The position numbers and the translations under genes are program-made. The notes under the pieces are model-generated. The model was given only the letters and a program-made list of their open reading frames with translations. It was not told the DNA's origin and ran no database searches. From Edaphobacter aggregans (GTDB taxonomy: Bacteria; Acidobacteriota; Terriglobia; Terriglobales; Acidobacteriaceae), in contig NZ_RSDW01000001.1 in NCBI RefSeq assembly GCF_003945235.1, positions 1,020,001 through 1,052,000 on the forward strand: a stretch of DNA of 32,000 nucleotides, read 5' to 3'. Shown one piece after another: positions 1-9,800 of the stretch; the first letter of the stretch is position 1, and every line of letters starts with the position of its first letter.

Positions 1-1289
1 TCACCCTCCACCAGATGCAGGACAAGCAGCGCATCGCCACCACCGACAACGAGGATGCCGACGTCTTCGGCTACCACTACGAAAACGAGATGCTCGCCGT
101 CAACCTCTTCCACATGCGCGGAGGAAAGATCGTCGACCGCCGCGACTTCTTCTGGGAAGACCTGCCCGAGTTCCTCTCCGAAACCCTCAACGAAAACCCT
201 GACGAAGCCAACCCCAACCTCGAACCCAACCCCAAAGTCTCGGCTCCCGAGATCGACGAAGACGCACCTGCAGCCCTCGACATAGTCCAACACACCGCGG
301 TCTCGGAGCTGGGCGGCACCTTCAACCCGGCAGAATTCTTCTCTGCCCTCCTCAAACAGCTCTATCTCGATCAAAGCTACGTCCCGCGCTCCGTTCTCGT
401 CCCCGTCGAGTTTCCTGACCGCGTCATCCTCGCCGAACTCCTCACCGAAAGAACTGGCCGCCGCGTCGAAATCCTCGCCCCCCAGCGCGGCGAAAAGCGC
501 TCCCTCGTCGACCTCGTCTGCCAGAACGCCAAGCAATCCTACGACCAGCGCTTCCGCGTCCTCCAGCCCAGCATCAAGGCCATCCAGGAGGCATTGCAAG
601 ACGCCCTTACCCTCGAAGAGCTCCCGCGCCGCATCGAATGCTTCGACATCTCCCACATCCAGGGCGCCGAAACCGTAGCCTCCATGGTCGTCTGGGAAGA
701 CGGTGCGATGAAAAAATCCGACTACCGCAAATTCCAGGTCAAAACCGTCACCGGGGTCGACGACTTTGCCAGCATGCGCGAGATCATCCAGCGCCGCTAC
801 AAGCGCCTCCTCGACGACAACAAGCCCTTCCCCTCCCTAATCCTCATCGACGGAGGCCTCGGCCAGCTCCACGCCGCCTATGCCGCTCTCGAAGAAATCG
901 GCGTCACCCTCCAACCGCTCGCATCCATCGCAAAAAAAGAGGAGATCATCTACGTCTACGGACAGGAGAACGAACCCGTAGTCCTGGACCGCCGCTCCCC
1001 CGTCCTGCACCTCGTCCAGAAGATCCGCGACGAGAGCCACCGCTTCGCCGTCACCTACCACCGCAAGCGCCGCGAGATGCGCGACCGCGACTCCGAACTC
1101 CTCGCCATCCCCGGCGTAGGTCCCCGCACCCGCCAGCGCCTGCTCGAACACTTCGGAAGCATCCGCGGAATCAAACAAGCCAGCCCCGACGCCCTCACCG
1201 CCGTCGTCAGCACCGCCACCGCAGAGAGTATTCGCGCCCACTTCGATACCGAATCCAAAGCCACTGCCCTGCCCGTCCTCAACGACTAA
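1..1289 (+). CDS. uvrC: Excinuclease ABC subunit C (UvrC), C-terminal ~425 aa; the 5' end lies upstream of the window
   Basis: The frame is open from the window edge to TAA at 1287-1289. The translation carries UvrC endonuclease-domain motifs (ECFDISHIQG, LILIDGGLGQL, RDESHRFAVTYHRKRR) and a C-terminal helix-hairpin-helix (LLAIPGVGPRTRQRLLEHFGS). Confidence 0.93.
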   Translation, partial: TLHQMQDKQRIATTDNEDADVFGYHYENEMLAVNLFHMRGGKIVDRRDFFWEDLPEFLSETLNENPDEANPNLEPNPKVSAPEIDEDAPAALDIVQHTAVSELGGTFNPAEFFSALLKQLYLDQSYVPRSVLVPVEFPDRVILAELLTERTGRRVEILAPQRGEKRSLVDLVCQNAKQSYDQRFRVLQPSIKAIQEALQDALTLEELPRRIECFDISHIQGAETVASMVVWEDGAMKKSDYRKFQVKTVTGVDDFASMREIIQRRYKRLLDDNKPFPSLILIDGGLGQLHAAYAALEEIGVTLQPLASIAKKEEIIYVYGQENEPVVLDRRSPVLHLVQKIRDESHRFAVTYHRKRREMRDRDSELLAIPGVGPRTRQRLLEHFGSIRGIKQASPDALTAVVSTATAESIRAHFDTESKATALPVLND

Positions 1290-1493
1290 CGTTGCCGTGG
1301 CTTTTGCCTGACCCGAATTGAACCGAAGGAAAGAAACCGCATCTCCGCCGGGGCGCGCCACTAAAGCTCTGGCAGGGCAACATCAATTTCCTTGTCAAGC
1401 CCCCTAACCTCATAAATCACTGACAACAAATGACATCCGCGTAGCCGAACAACTCACTCCACCAGCTATAATAGAGATAGAGTGAAAATAAAC

Positions 1494-1527
1494 AGCCCCG
1501 GATCAACCCTCCGGGGCTCTTTCATTT
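1494..1527 (+). terminator. Rho-independent terminator-like hairpin
   Basis: Perfect 9-bp stem AGCCCCGGA (1494-1502) / TCCGGGGCT (1510-1518) with a 7-nt loop, followed by the T-rich tail CTCTTTCATTT. It lies 205 nt after the uvrC stop and 181 nt before the pyrE ATG. Confidence 0.6.
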
Positions 1528-1707
1528 AAAGCGTCAGCACATAAGGAACCTAAGCAAAATGAAATGAGTACTTTACAAAACCAGACCTGCGAATCCAGAG
1601 ACTTTCCGTATCACGGAACCCACAAGTCCAGATCTAAAGTATCTGCATTGAATACTTTGCACAAAATCGCACCCTCGGGGGAGTATCCTCTACAATCGGA
1701 CAAAGCC

Positions 1708-2403
1708 ATGCCAACCGACAATCATCCAGACACGAAACAAGCCCTCCTCAATCTCATCGCGACCCTCTCCTTCCGCCTCGGTGACTTCACCCTCGCGAGC
1801 GGCCAAAAGTCCGACTATTACATCGACTGCCGCACCACCACCCTCCACGCCGAAGGCGGCCGCCTCTCCGGCCTCCTCCTCTACAAGCTCATCCGCCGGC
1901 ACTTCCCTCTGGCCGAGGCCGTTGGCGGACTCACCATGGGCGCCGACCCGCTGGTCTCGAACACTGCCAGCGCCTCCGCCTGGCGTCCCGCACTAAGAGC
2001 AGCCTTCCAGGAAATGATGGAGTATCCGGAAAAACTTGAGGGTACCGGCTTCCAGGGAATCGGCACGTGGGATGACAACTACCCCACCCATCCCATCCAC
2101 GGCTTCCTCGTCCGCAAGGCCGAAAAGACCCACGGCACCGGTCGCCGCCTCGAAGGTTTCCACAAACTCGGAGCCCACGTAGTCATTGTCGACGATGTCT
2201 GCACCACCGGAGGCTCCACCATCGCAGCCATCGAAGCCACCCGCGAATCCGGCATGAACGTGATAGGCGTCCTCTGCCTCGTAGACCGCGAGCAAGGAGG
2301 CCGAGCCAACATCGAAGCCGCCGCTCCACACGCCCCCTTCATCTCCCTCTTCACCGCCACAGACGTCCGTACCGCCCACATCGCCCTCAATAAATCCACC
2401 TAG
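1708..2403 (+). CDS. pyrE: Orotate phosphoribosyltransferase (231 aa) with an internal ~35-aa insertion
   Basis: Type I PRTase PRPP loop VVIVDDVCTTGGST, N-terminal FTLASGQKSDYYID motif, and GGLTMGADP ... FLVRKAEKTHGTGRRLEG. I prefer ATG 1708 over the ORF-track start at 1564 because codons 1564-1707 are A/T-ending, unlike the C-ending style of the rest of the gene. Confidence 0.9.
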   Translation: MPTDNHPDTKQALLNLIATLSFRLGDFTLASGQKSDYYIDCRTTTLHAEGGRLSGLLLYKLIRRHFPLAEAVGGLTMGADPLVSNTASASAWRPALRAAFQEMMEYPEKLEGTGFQGIGTWDDNYPTHPIHGFLVRKAEKTHGTGRRLEGFHKLGAHVVIVDDVCTTGGSTIAAIEATRESGMNVIGVLCLVDREQGGRANIEAAAPHAPFISLFTATDVRTAHIALNKST

Positions 2404-2494
2404 TCCCACTTCGGAACACGCCTCAACAAAAATCACCGAAACACCTGATGATCACGACGAATTGCCTCTACCGTAGCAAGTGGAGGCATACGAA

Positions 2495-2686
2495 ATGTAC
2501 CGCAAGAAGAGGTGCCCAACCTGCACCTCGAACCAAATCCGCCGCTCGCACCGCCGCGCCATCGAGAAAGCTCTGCTCTTCCTGTTCCCTCGCATCGTGC
2601 CGCACCGCTGCAACGAGTGCAGCCGCCGCTTCTACATCCTGAACCTCCGCTCGAACCGACAGAGCTCTCTCGAACAGAGCATCTGA
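2495..2686 (+). CDS. Small zinc-ribbon-like protein (63 aa, two CxxC pairs)
   Basis: ATG 2495 lies 8 nt downstream of GGAGG (2482-2486). The product MYRKKRCPTC...HRCNECSRRF has CPTC and CNEC pairs and is basic. Its C-ending codon style matches the flanking genes. Confidence 0.55.
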   Translation: MYRKKRCPTCTSNQIRRSHRRAIEKALLFLFPRIVPHRCNECSRRFYILNLRSNRQSSLEQSI

Positions 2687-2732
2687 CGCCGGGCAAGCAT
2701 CTTCAGCCCGCCTCCGATAAACTAGAAGGGAC

Positions 2733-3806
2733 ATGATTCCCACCCTAGAATGGCTCCCCAACGGCGTTAACTTCCTCGACCAAACCAAGCTCCCCCTCGA
2801 AGAGACCTACGTCCTCGCAACCGACTACAACCAAGTCGCCACCGTCATCCGCGACATGATCGTCCGCGGCGCACCAGCCATCGGAGTCAGCGCCGCGATG
2901 GGCGTAGCCCTCGGCGTAAGCCAGAGCACAGCAACCGACATCGCCAGCCTCAACGCCGAAGTCGCCACCATCTCTGACACTCTCGCCGCGACCCGTCCCA
3001 CAGCAGTCAACCTCTTCTGGGCCATCCAGCGCATGCGCGACCGCTACAACGCCCTCGCCGCAGCCAACACTCCGATCCCCGAGATCAAGGCCGCCCTCAT
3101 CGCCGAAGCCCAGCAGATGTACGACGAAGACATCGCCGCCTGCAAGGCCATGGGAGCCCACGGAGCAGAACTCCTACCCCAGGAAGGCACCGTCCTCACC
3201 CACTGCAACGCCGGAGCTCTCGCCACATGCGGCTACGGCACAGCCCTCGGAGTCATCCGCGCCGCCATCGAACGCGGCCACAAGATCGACGTCTTCGCCG
3301 ACGAGACCCGCCCCTACCTGCAAGGCGCCCGCCTAACCGCATGGGAGCTCCTCCACGACAACATCCCCACCACCGTCCTCTGCGACAACATGGCCGGCGC
3401 CCTCATGCGCCAGGGCAAGATCCAGGCCGTCATCGTCGGAGCCGACCGCATCGCCGCCAACGGCGACACCGCCAACAAGATAGGCACCTACTCCGTAGCC
3501 GTCCTGGCCAAAGAACACGGCATCCCCTTCTACGTAGCCGCCCCCCTCTCGACCATCGACCCCGCCACCCCCCACGGCGACGGAATCCCCATCGAGCAGC
3601 GCGCCGCCACTGAAGTCACCCACTCCAACGGCAAGCAGATGACCCCTAATGGCGCGGCCATTCAAAACCCTGCCTTCGACGTCACGCCCGCCAAATACAT
3701 CACCGCTATCATCACCGAGCACGGAGTCCTACGCGCTCCTTACGAGCAGTCCATCGCTCAGATGGCCGCCGAAGCCACAACAAAGCGCGAACTGACGACC
3801 GCATAA
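2733..3806 (+). CDS. mtnA: S-methyl-5-thioribose-1-phosphate isomerase (eIF-2B alpha/beta/delta-like family)
   Basis: The N-terminus [52 protein letters not shown] and [17 protein letters not shown] are typical MtnA motifs. Length is 357 aa. Confidence 0.9.
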   Translation: MIPTLEWLPNGVNFLDQTKLPLEETYVLATDYNQVATVIRDMIVRGAPAIGVSAAMGVALGVSQSTATDIASLNAEVATISDTLAATRPTAVNLFWAIQRMRDRYNALAAANTPIPEIKAALIAEAQQMYDEDIAACKAMGAHGAELLPQEGTVLTHCNAGALATCGYGTALGVIRAAIERGHKIDVFADETRPYLQGARLTAWELLHDNIPTTVLCDNMAGALMRQGKIQAVIVGADRIAANGDTANKIGTYSVAVLAKEHGIPFYVAAPLSTIDPATPHGDGIPIEQRAATEVTHSNGKQMTPNGAAIQNPAFDVTPAKYITAIITEHGVLRAPYEQSIAQMAAEATTKRELTTA

Positions 3807-3880
3807 ATCCGCAAATCTCCGGCGGAGATCGCAACCGCATAGTGCATACTGTGTTGACAAGGTTGACCGCCGGAGACCCC

Positions 3881-5740
3881 ATGCAGCGTTTGCTTTCTCT
3901 GATTTTTTTTCCTGCCCTCACTTCCCTCGCCCTCGCACAGACTCCCGCTCAACAACCAGCGCCCAGCGAGCCTGTCCCTACCATTAAGGCAGGCACGCAG
4001 ATCGTCATTGTGGACGTCGTCGTCACCGACGCCAAGAACCAACCCGTCCGCAATCTCAAAGCCTCCGACTTCACCGTCCTGGAAAACAACATCTCCCAGC
4101 CCATCAGGAACTTCGAAGAGCACACGGCCCTCTCCGCCGCCGACGCAGCAAAGCTACCTCCCATGCCCAAGATGCCCCCGGGCATCTTCACCAACTACAC
4201 ACCCGCGCCCCCCAGCAGCGCCGTCAACGTCCTCCTGCTCGATACGCTCAACACACCGATGAAGGACCAGTCCTTCGTCCGCGACCAGTTGAAGAAGTAC
4301 CTTAAGTCAGCCCAACCCGGCGCCCGCACCGCCATCTTCGGCCTCACCTCGCGCCTCTATCTCCTGCAGGGCTTCACCTCCGATCCAGAGATCCTGAAGA
4401 CCGCCCTTAACCAGAAGGACCTCAAGTCATCGCCCCTGCTTGACGACCCGGTCGGCGGCGGCACTGGCCCCGAGTCCATGTCTGACACGATGAGCGACAG
4501 CATGGGCAATGACCCCAGCACAGCCCAGGTCGTCGCAAATCTCCAGCAGTTCGAGGCCGAACAACAGTCCTTCCAATTGCAGCTTCGCGCCCGCTATACC
4601 CTCGACGCCATGAACCAGCTCGCCCGCTATCTCAGCGGAATTCCCGGCCGTAAGAACCTCATCTGGTTCTCCGGCTCCTTCCCTATCAGCATCCTTCCCG
4701 ACGGCGACCTGCAGAACCCCTTCGCCGTCGTCGCCGACTCCGAGGATGAATTCCGCGAGACCACAAACCTTCTCTCAACCAGCCAGGTCGCTGTCTATCC
4801 TATCGATGCCCGCGGCCTCATGTCCTCGCCCAGCTACAGCGCCACCAACTCAGGCAGCAAATACGCCCGCAACCCTACGGCCTTCGCCAAAGACGAAACC
4901 AAGTTCTTCCAGCAGACCACCGCCGAGCACAGCACCATGCTTCAAATGGCCGAGCAGACCGGTGGCCACGCCTTCATCAACACCAACGGTCTCAGCCAGG
5001 CAGTGGCCAGCGCCGTCGACTCCGGCTCGAACTTCTACACCCTTACCTACTCCCCCACCAACACGAACTGGAATGGCGGCTTCCGCAAGATCCAGGTCCG
5101 TCTCCAGCAACAAGGCCTCACCCTCGCCTATCGCCGCGGCTACTACGCCGACGACCCAAAGACTCCTCCCAAACATAAAGAGCCTGTGCCCGCCATAACC
5201 ACACCCACTGCGACCGTCAACGCCATGCGCGTGGCCATGATGCGCGGCGCCCCTGACCCTACCCAGATTCTCTTCAAGATCCTCGTCCGTCCCGCCACTG
5301 CGTCAACTGAAGACGCTCTCGCCCCGGACAACGCTCCTAATCCCACGACCAAAGTGAAGCCTCCCTATCGGCGCTACAGCATCGATTTCGCAGCCAACCC
5401 ACGCGACATCACCTTCACCCGATCCCCCGAGGGCAACTACCAAGCTGACATTCAGTTCCTCGCCTATCTCTACGATCAGGACGGGACCCTACTTAACACT
5501 ACCGGTGCCGCTGTCAAGGCAAACATGCCCCCAGCAGCCTACGCAGCGAGCCTCCGCGGCGGCCTACAGTTTCACCAGCAGATCAGCGTGCCCGCCAAAG
5601 GCGCCTATTATCTCCGTATCGGTATCCACGATGTCACCGGAGACCGTGTGGGAGCGATCGAGATTCCGGTGGCAGCAGTGTCCAAAATGCCTCCCGCCGA
5701 CACGCCCGCCACCTCATCAACCCCGTCCTCAACCAAATAG
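3881..5740 (+). CDS. Secreted VWA-domain protein, acidobacterial VWFA-related type (619 aa)
   Basis: ATG 3881 yields the signal peptide MQRLLSLIFFPALTSLALAQ. The N-terminal beta module (IVIVDVVVTDAKNQPVRNLKASDFTVLENN) followed by a VWA-like core (VNVLLLDTLNT ... IWFSGSFP ... VAVYPIDARG) resembles the TIGR03436-type family as I recall it. The ORF-track start at 3842 is rejected because it gives no signal peptide. Confidence 0.8.
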   Translation: MQRLLSLIFFPALTSLALAQTPAQQPAPSEPVPTIKAGTQIVIVDVVVTDAKNQPVRNLKASDFTVLENNISQPIRNFEEHTALSAADAAKLPPMPKMPPGIFTNYTPAPPSSAVNVLLLDTLNTPMKDQSFVRDQLKKYLKSAQPGARTAIFGLTSRLYLLQGFTSDPEILKTALNQKDLKSSPLLDDPVGGGTGPESMSDTMSDSMGNDPSTAQVVANLQQFEAEQQSFQLQLRARYTLDAMNQLARYLSGIPGRKNLIWFSGSFPISILPDGDLQNPFAVVADSEDEFRETTNLLSTSQVAVYPIDARGLMSSPSYSATNSGSKYARNPTAFAKDETKFFQQTTAEHSTMLQMAEQTGGHAFINTNGLSQAVASAVDSGSNFYTLTYSPTNTNWNGGFRKIQVRLQQQGLTLAYRRGYYADDPKTPPKHKEPVPAITTPTATVNAMRVAMMRGAPDPTQILFKILVRPATASTEDALAPDNAPNPTTKVKPPYRRYSIDFAANPRDITFTRSPEGNYQADIQFLAYLYDQDGTLLNTTGAAVKANMPPAAYAASLRGGLQFHQQISVPAKGAYYLRIGIHDVTGDRVGAIEIPVAAVSKMPPADTPATSSTPSSTK

Positions 5741-5774
5741 GCTGCTGGTACCCAGCTATTGAAAGCATCAAACT

Positions 5775-6842
5775 TCATTGTGAAGAAGCCGACGATCCAG
5801 AGGAAGAAAGGCCTCCGGAGGATGCCTGGGTTTGCTGGAGGAGACGATATCCATCCCGAGTCCGTATGTGATACTTCTGCAGATCCTTCCCTACCAGCTT
5901 GACCGTGATCGAACGCCAGCCATGATTTGGATTTGGCTGAGGATAGTAACTGAGCGCATAGAGATGGGCCAAGTCATCACGGATGGAGGCAAACGCTTGC
6001 TTCTCATCTTTCCAATCCTTTGAAAAATAGGCTTTGCCACCAGTAGCCTTGCTCATTCTCTCAAAGACAGCGGTAGAAACCGGCTCCTCTTCCGCTTGCC
6101 GAGTGCTGATCATGTAAATGATCGTTCCGGTTGACTGGGCCAACTCCGCTACATCCTCAGGGGGTACCAGGCTGGCATTGTCAGGGCCATTAGAAAAGAC
6201 AACAATTGCCTTGCGCCCGGTCAATTGGGCTGCGTCCTTTACCGTCATCAAGAGGCAGTTATAGAGTGCTGCGTCATCACCGGCGACCGTATTACGCACT
6301 CCACGTAACACCTGGGAGCGGTCGGGGGTAAGCGCGGAGACCCGTGAGAGATCGCGGCTATAAGAATACAAGGCCACTTTGCTCACACCTTCCAATGACC
6401 GAATGAAATCGGCGATAGCATCCTGCGCGAATACAAATCCCCGGTACATGTAGTTACTGGTGTCAAAAAGAATAAATACATTAGCTCCGGCAACTGACGC
6501 TTGAAACTTTCCCTGGTCGCCCGTCATCTCCGGCGCAACTGGCTCTGATGCCTTGACCACACTCTGCGCTGAGTGACCGCTATCGGGTCCAATCAATCTA
6601 CGCGTGGGTTCGTTACCTTCTTCGAAAGTCGCGAGCTTTTCCGGAATCTTGTCCTCAACAATCTCAAAGTCTTCTGGACGAAGGCCGCTGACGTAGTTTC
6701 CCTTACGGTCAGTAACAGCTACATTCAGCTGCACCAGCACGACGTTCACACGAATACGTGACGCGTCATCCTGCGCCCCTGCCCCCCCGCCGAAGAAAAG
6801 AACTGAAGATGCACAGAGAAATAGAAAAACTCGCTTTGCCAT
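5775..6842 (-). CDS. Secreted VWA-domain protein, acidobacterial VWFA-related type (355 aa), paralog of 3881-5740
   Basis: ATG 6842 is preceded by AGGGGGA and gives the signal peptide MAKRVFLFLCASSVLFFGGGAGAQ. It has the same N-terminal module (VVLVQLNVAVTDRKGNYVSGLRPEDFEIVEDK) and a VWA core (VFILFDTSNYM ... IVVFSNGPDN ... IIYMISTR). It starts 7 nt after the stop of the upstream 1064-aa gene. Confidence 0.8.
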   Translation of the reverse strand: MAKRVFLFLCASSVLFFGGGAGAQDDASRIRVNVVLVQLNVAVTDRKGNYVSGLRPEDFEIVEDKIPEKLATFEEGNEPTRRLIGPDSGHSAQSVVKASEPVAPEMTGDQGKFQASVAGANVFILFDTSNYMYRGFVFAQDAIADFIRSLEGVSKVALYSYSRDLSRVSALTPDRSQVLRGVRNTVAGDDAALYNCLLMTVKDAAQLTGRKAIVVFSNGPDNASLVPPEDVAELAQSTGTIIYMISTRQAEEEPVSTAVFERMSKATGGKAYFSKDWKDEKQAFASIRDDLAHLYALSYYPQPNPNHGWRSITVKLVGKDLQKYHIRTRDGYRLLQQTQASSGGLSSSGSSASSQ

Positions 6843-6849
6843 GATCCCC

Positions 6850-9800
6850 CTATTGTGCGTATCCATCTCTCACCGTCCGCTCTAATGAAGTGGTGGCATT
6901 CGCCATTGGTGGCAAGGCGATCTTGCCTTGCCGAAGCTCTTCTCCGGTCTCTTCCATAGCGCGCAGCATTGCCGGCCAGTCCTCGAGGTCCGTGGCAAAA
7001 ATCTTTGCAGTCATCCGACGCGTTAGCTCGGGAGCAAGGCGGTTCAGCATCACCGGGGAATATCCCATCTCATCCGTCAGGCGAGCCCAATACAAATTGC
7101 CGGACTCCCACGACTCGCCGAACAGGCGGCTGGAGTACGCTCCAAAAAACGGGAATGGTTTTACATTCAGCAGCTCGCGAGAGTACGTTCTAGCCAATGT
7201 CGGATGAGGAACACCGAAGTCTCTCGATAGACGCTCATAGCTGACCTCCGCAGGATATTGCTGCGAGAGACTCTCCAATTGTTGACCCGCTGGCCCCAAC
7301 GAAGTAGCTTCTCCAGGAAATCTCGTACGAAACTCCGCGGCCAGATAAAAAGTCTCTGATGGCATCATTCGAAGGCGAATCGCAGCCGGATCTTCCCCGC
7401 GCTGCAGGGCATGTTCGGTCTCTTCCAATCGTTGCGGCGACATACGATCCGAAAGAATACTGATCACCTTGCCCCGCAGCTGTACATCCTTTGTCGATGC
7501 GACCAAAAGCTCTTCTCCCGATCGTTGATAAAGAGCGGCGGCATGAAGTTCATTCGGACTCACAGCCCACCAGCGTGGGAGCGTCGCACTAACGAGAAGA
7601 TCTGGCACCAACTCCTTCCAGATCAGGGCCTGAATGTTTTCCGGCGCAATGAAATCCTGCTCTGCCATCGCCAGTGCATAAGGCAAGTCAGCTAGCGAGC
7701 CCATTAGATACGCCCCACCACCAGCCGGCGTACCGACCCCCAACAACACGGGAGCCTGCCAGAGCCGCTCCGAGCCAATCATGGATATTCCCGAAAAGTC
7801 ATGCGCACGGATGAAGAGCGGATTATTGTGAAGAATTTGAGCACCGGGCGGTTCATAGTAGGCATAGTTCAAGCCCACCAGGGTGTCTCTCAAAAAAGGC
7901 GCAAGTTGGCCGCGAGCGGCTTCCAGTTGTGCGTGCGTACTGGGTGTCTTGATCACCTTTGACAGATCCGTCTGCACCTGCAATTCCGCGTGATGGGTAC
8001 TGTAGACTCTCGGCGCCCAGTCAATCTTCTCGCTCTTGGTAAAGATCGGACGAGGCATCTCGAACTCTCGAAGCTCACCGGCAAGCCCGAGCATCTTTTC
8101 GTTCCTCGGTCGCCCCTGTTCCATATCGCTCAAACCATCGCTTAGCGCGAACAGTGTATCGATGGAGACTAAGTGCTGATCGACCAGCACTGCACGAATC
8201 TTTCCGGCCAATTCTTCATGCACGCGTTGGCCGTCCGGGTTCTCTTGATGAGGTCCCGCAAGCAAATCCACGATCTGATCTTGCGGACTGTCCGCTTTAG
8301 CGCCGGCAGCAAGAAGAATTTCCCCAAACGAGTTATGAGCTGCATCGAAGAGCTGAGTCGTCGAAGAAATCTTGGCAAAGGGATCGATCATCTTCTGCCA
8401 TGAGGCATCCAGTTGGTCCTTCGGGATCTCTCCCTGACGCGCAAGTATCTGCCAAAGTCCGACGTTTGCTTGAAAGGCCCCAAGGACATTTCCACGCAGA
8501 GTCGAATTTGAAATCCCGTCTACCCCGTCTGCCACATTCACGAAGCGGGCAATGGACGCATCGCTCAACTCTGGGAACTCAGTGAAGATCAAATACCAAC
8601 TACTGAAGTCTGAAAATCTATCAGCCAGCAGGCGTACGGTTTCTGGGGACAGGCGCTTTTCCGGCGGACGCGCGCTGTCTAGTTCGCTTGCCATGAGGTA
8701 GCTCTGCAATGGCCCGCTATCCGTCACCACACGAGTTAGCGCGGTCATTCCCTCAAGCAACTGCTCTGGGTGATCCCAGCTATGTGCACGCTTGCCCCAA
8801 TCACGAATAATTTTTGAGTCGGTCTTCTGGCGAAAGATCTGTTTCCAAACCTCCAGATTCCCGGGAACGTGCGGATCGCCGTTAGGTTCCCACTCGACGC
8901 GGGTGAACAAGACCAGGAGATCCGGACCCTGTCGAAATACGCCTCTCGTCGCGTCTGCATCAGCGCCAGGTGCTCGAAAAGCCTCATACAACCGCTTCAT
9001 GCGCGGAGACTGAGTAAGGTGCTCCTGCTGTGTATGACTGACGCGCGACAGAACATCAAAATATGCAGCCATCCAACCGCCGTCCTTCGCGAGCAAGTGC
9101 GCAACGAAGTCTCCCGGCGAATCAGGACTAGCTCCCACCATCTCCTTCCAGACAGGTTCGGCATTCGCTCCTCCAGGCACAATCACGCGTCCCGAGCGAA
9201 TGCTTATCTGATTTCCATAAAAATCAAGTGCCGCAGCATAGGGAAGCAGCCGCCTGAGCCCCAGCGACTCGTGTAACACAATCCTGGTTTCGGCATTATT
9301 CTTTGCTAAACCCCAATAAAGACGGGCTATTGTCGGATCGTTTATCAGTACATCTACGACACTTCCGTAGTTTTTTCGATTGCCCGCGCCCAGCGTAATC
9401 CAGTCGTTCTCCGTAAACAGCACCGGGACCTTCGACACCGGATACGAATAAGAGAAGGGAGTTCCTTTCTGGAGCGCCTCTTCGAGTTCCGTGAGAGGAA
9501 AGCCCGAGTCGATCGTGAGAAATGCTCTCTCCGGATTAGCGGTCTCCAGAAAGACATTCTTCTGTCCGCAGCCTTCCCGTAGCCGATACCCAAGGATCTG
9601 GACCAACGTGCCCGCATCATCACAACTGGCAACACGAATCGTACTGCTCGGTCCAGCCAGAATCTGAAGCTCTCTTGCCTGATGTACGTAGCGGTCCAGC
9701 AGAATCAGGAACTCTGTTTGATTGCCGTTCTGATAGCCCTGCATGTAAACATTGCGAGCCAGCAACGGCAGAACATCGTCAACAGGGACCTTTTGACTGA

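Noticed and set aside
638-1321. 227-aa Arg/Pro-rich ORF on the plus strand overlapping uvrC
   Set aside because: It is an alternative-frame shadow of a GC-rich gene. It has extreme R/P/H low-complexity composition, no SD, and lies wholly inside the well-supported uvrC frame.
1564-1707. N-terminal 48-aa extension of pyrE suggested by the ORF track
   Set aside because: Codons in this stretch are A/T-ending (agt act tta caa ... tct aaa gta), unlike the rest of the gene. Homologous PyrE proteins begin near the 1708 Met.
5741-5774. Bidirectional terminator between the convergent VWA genes
   Set aside because: Only a 5-bp stem (GCTGG-tac-CCAGC) with no U-tract is present, which is too weak to call.
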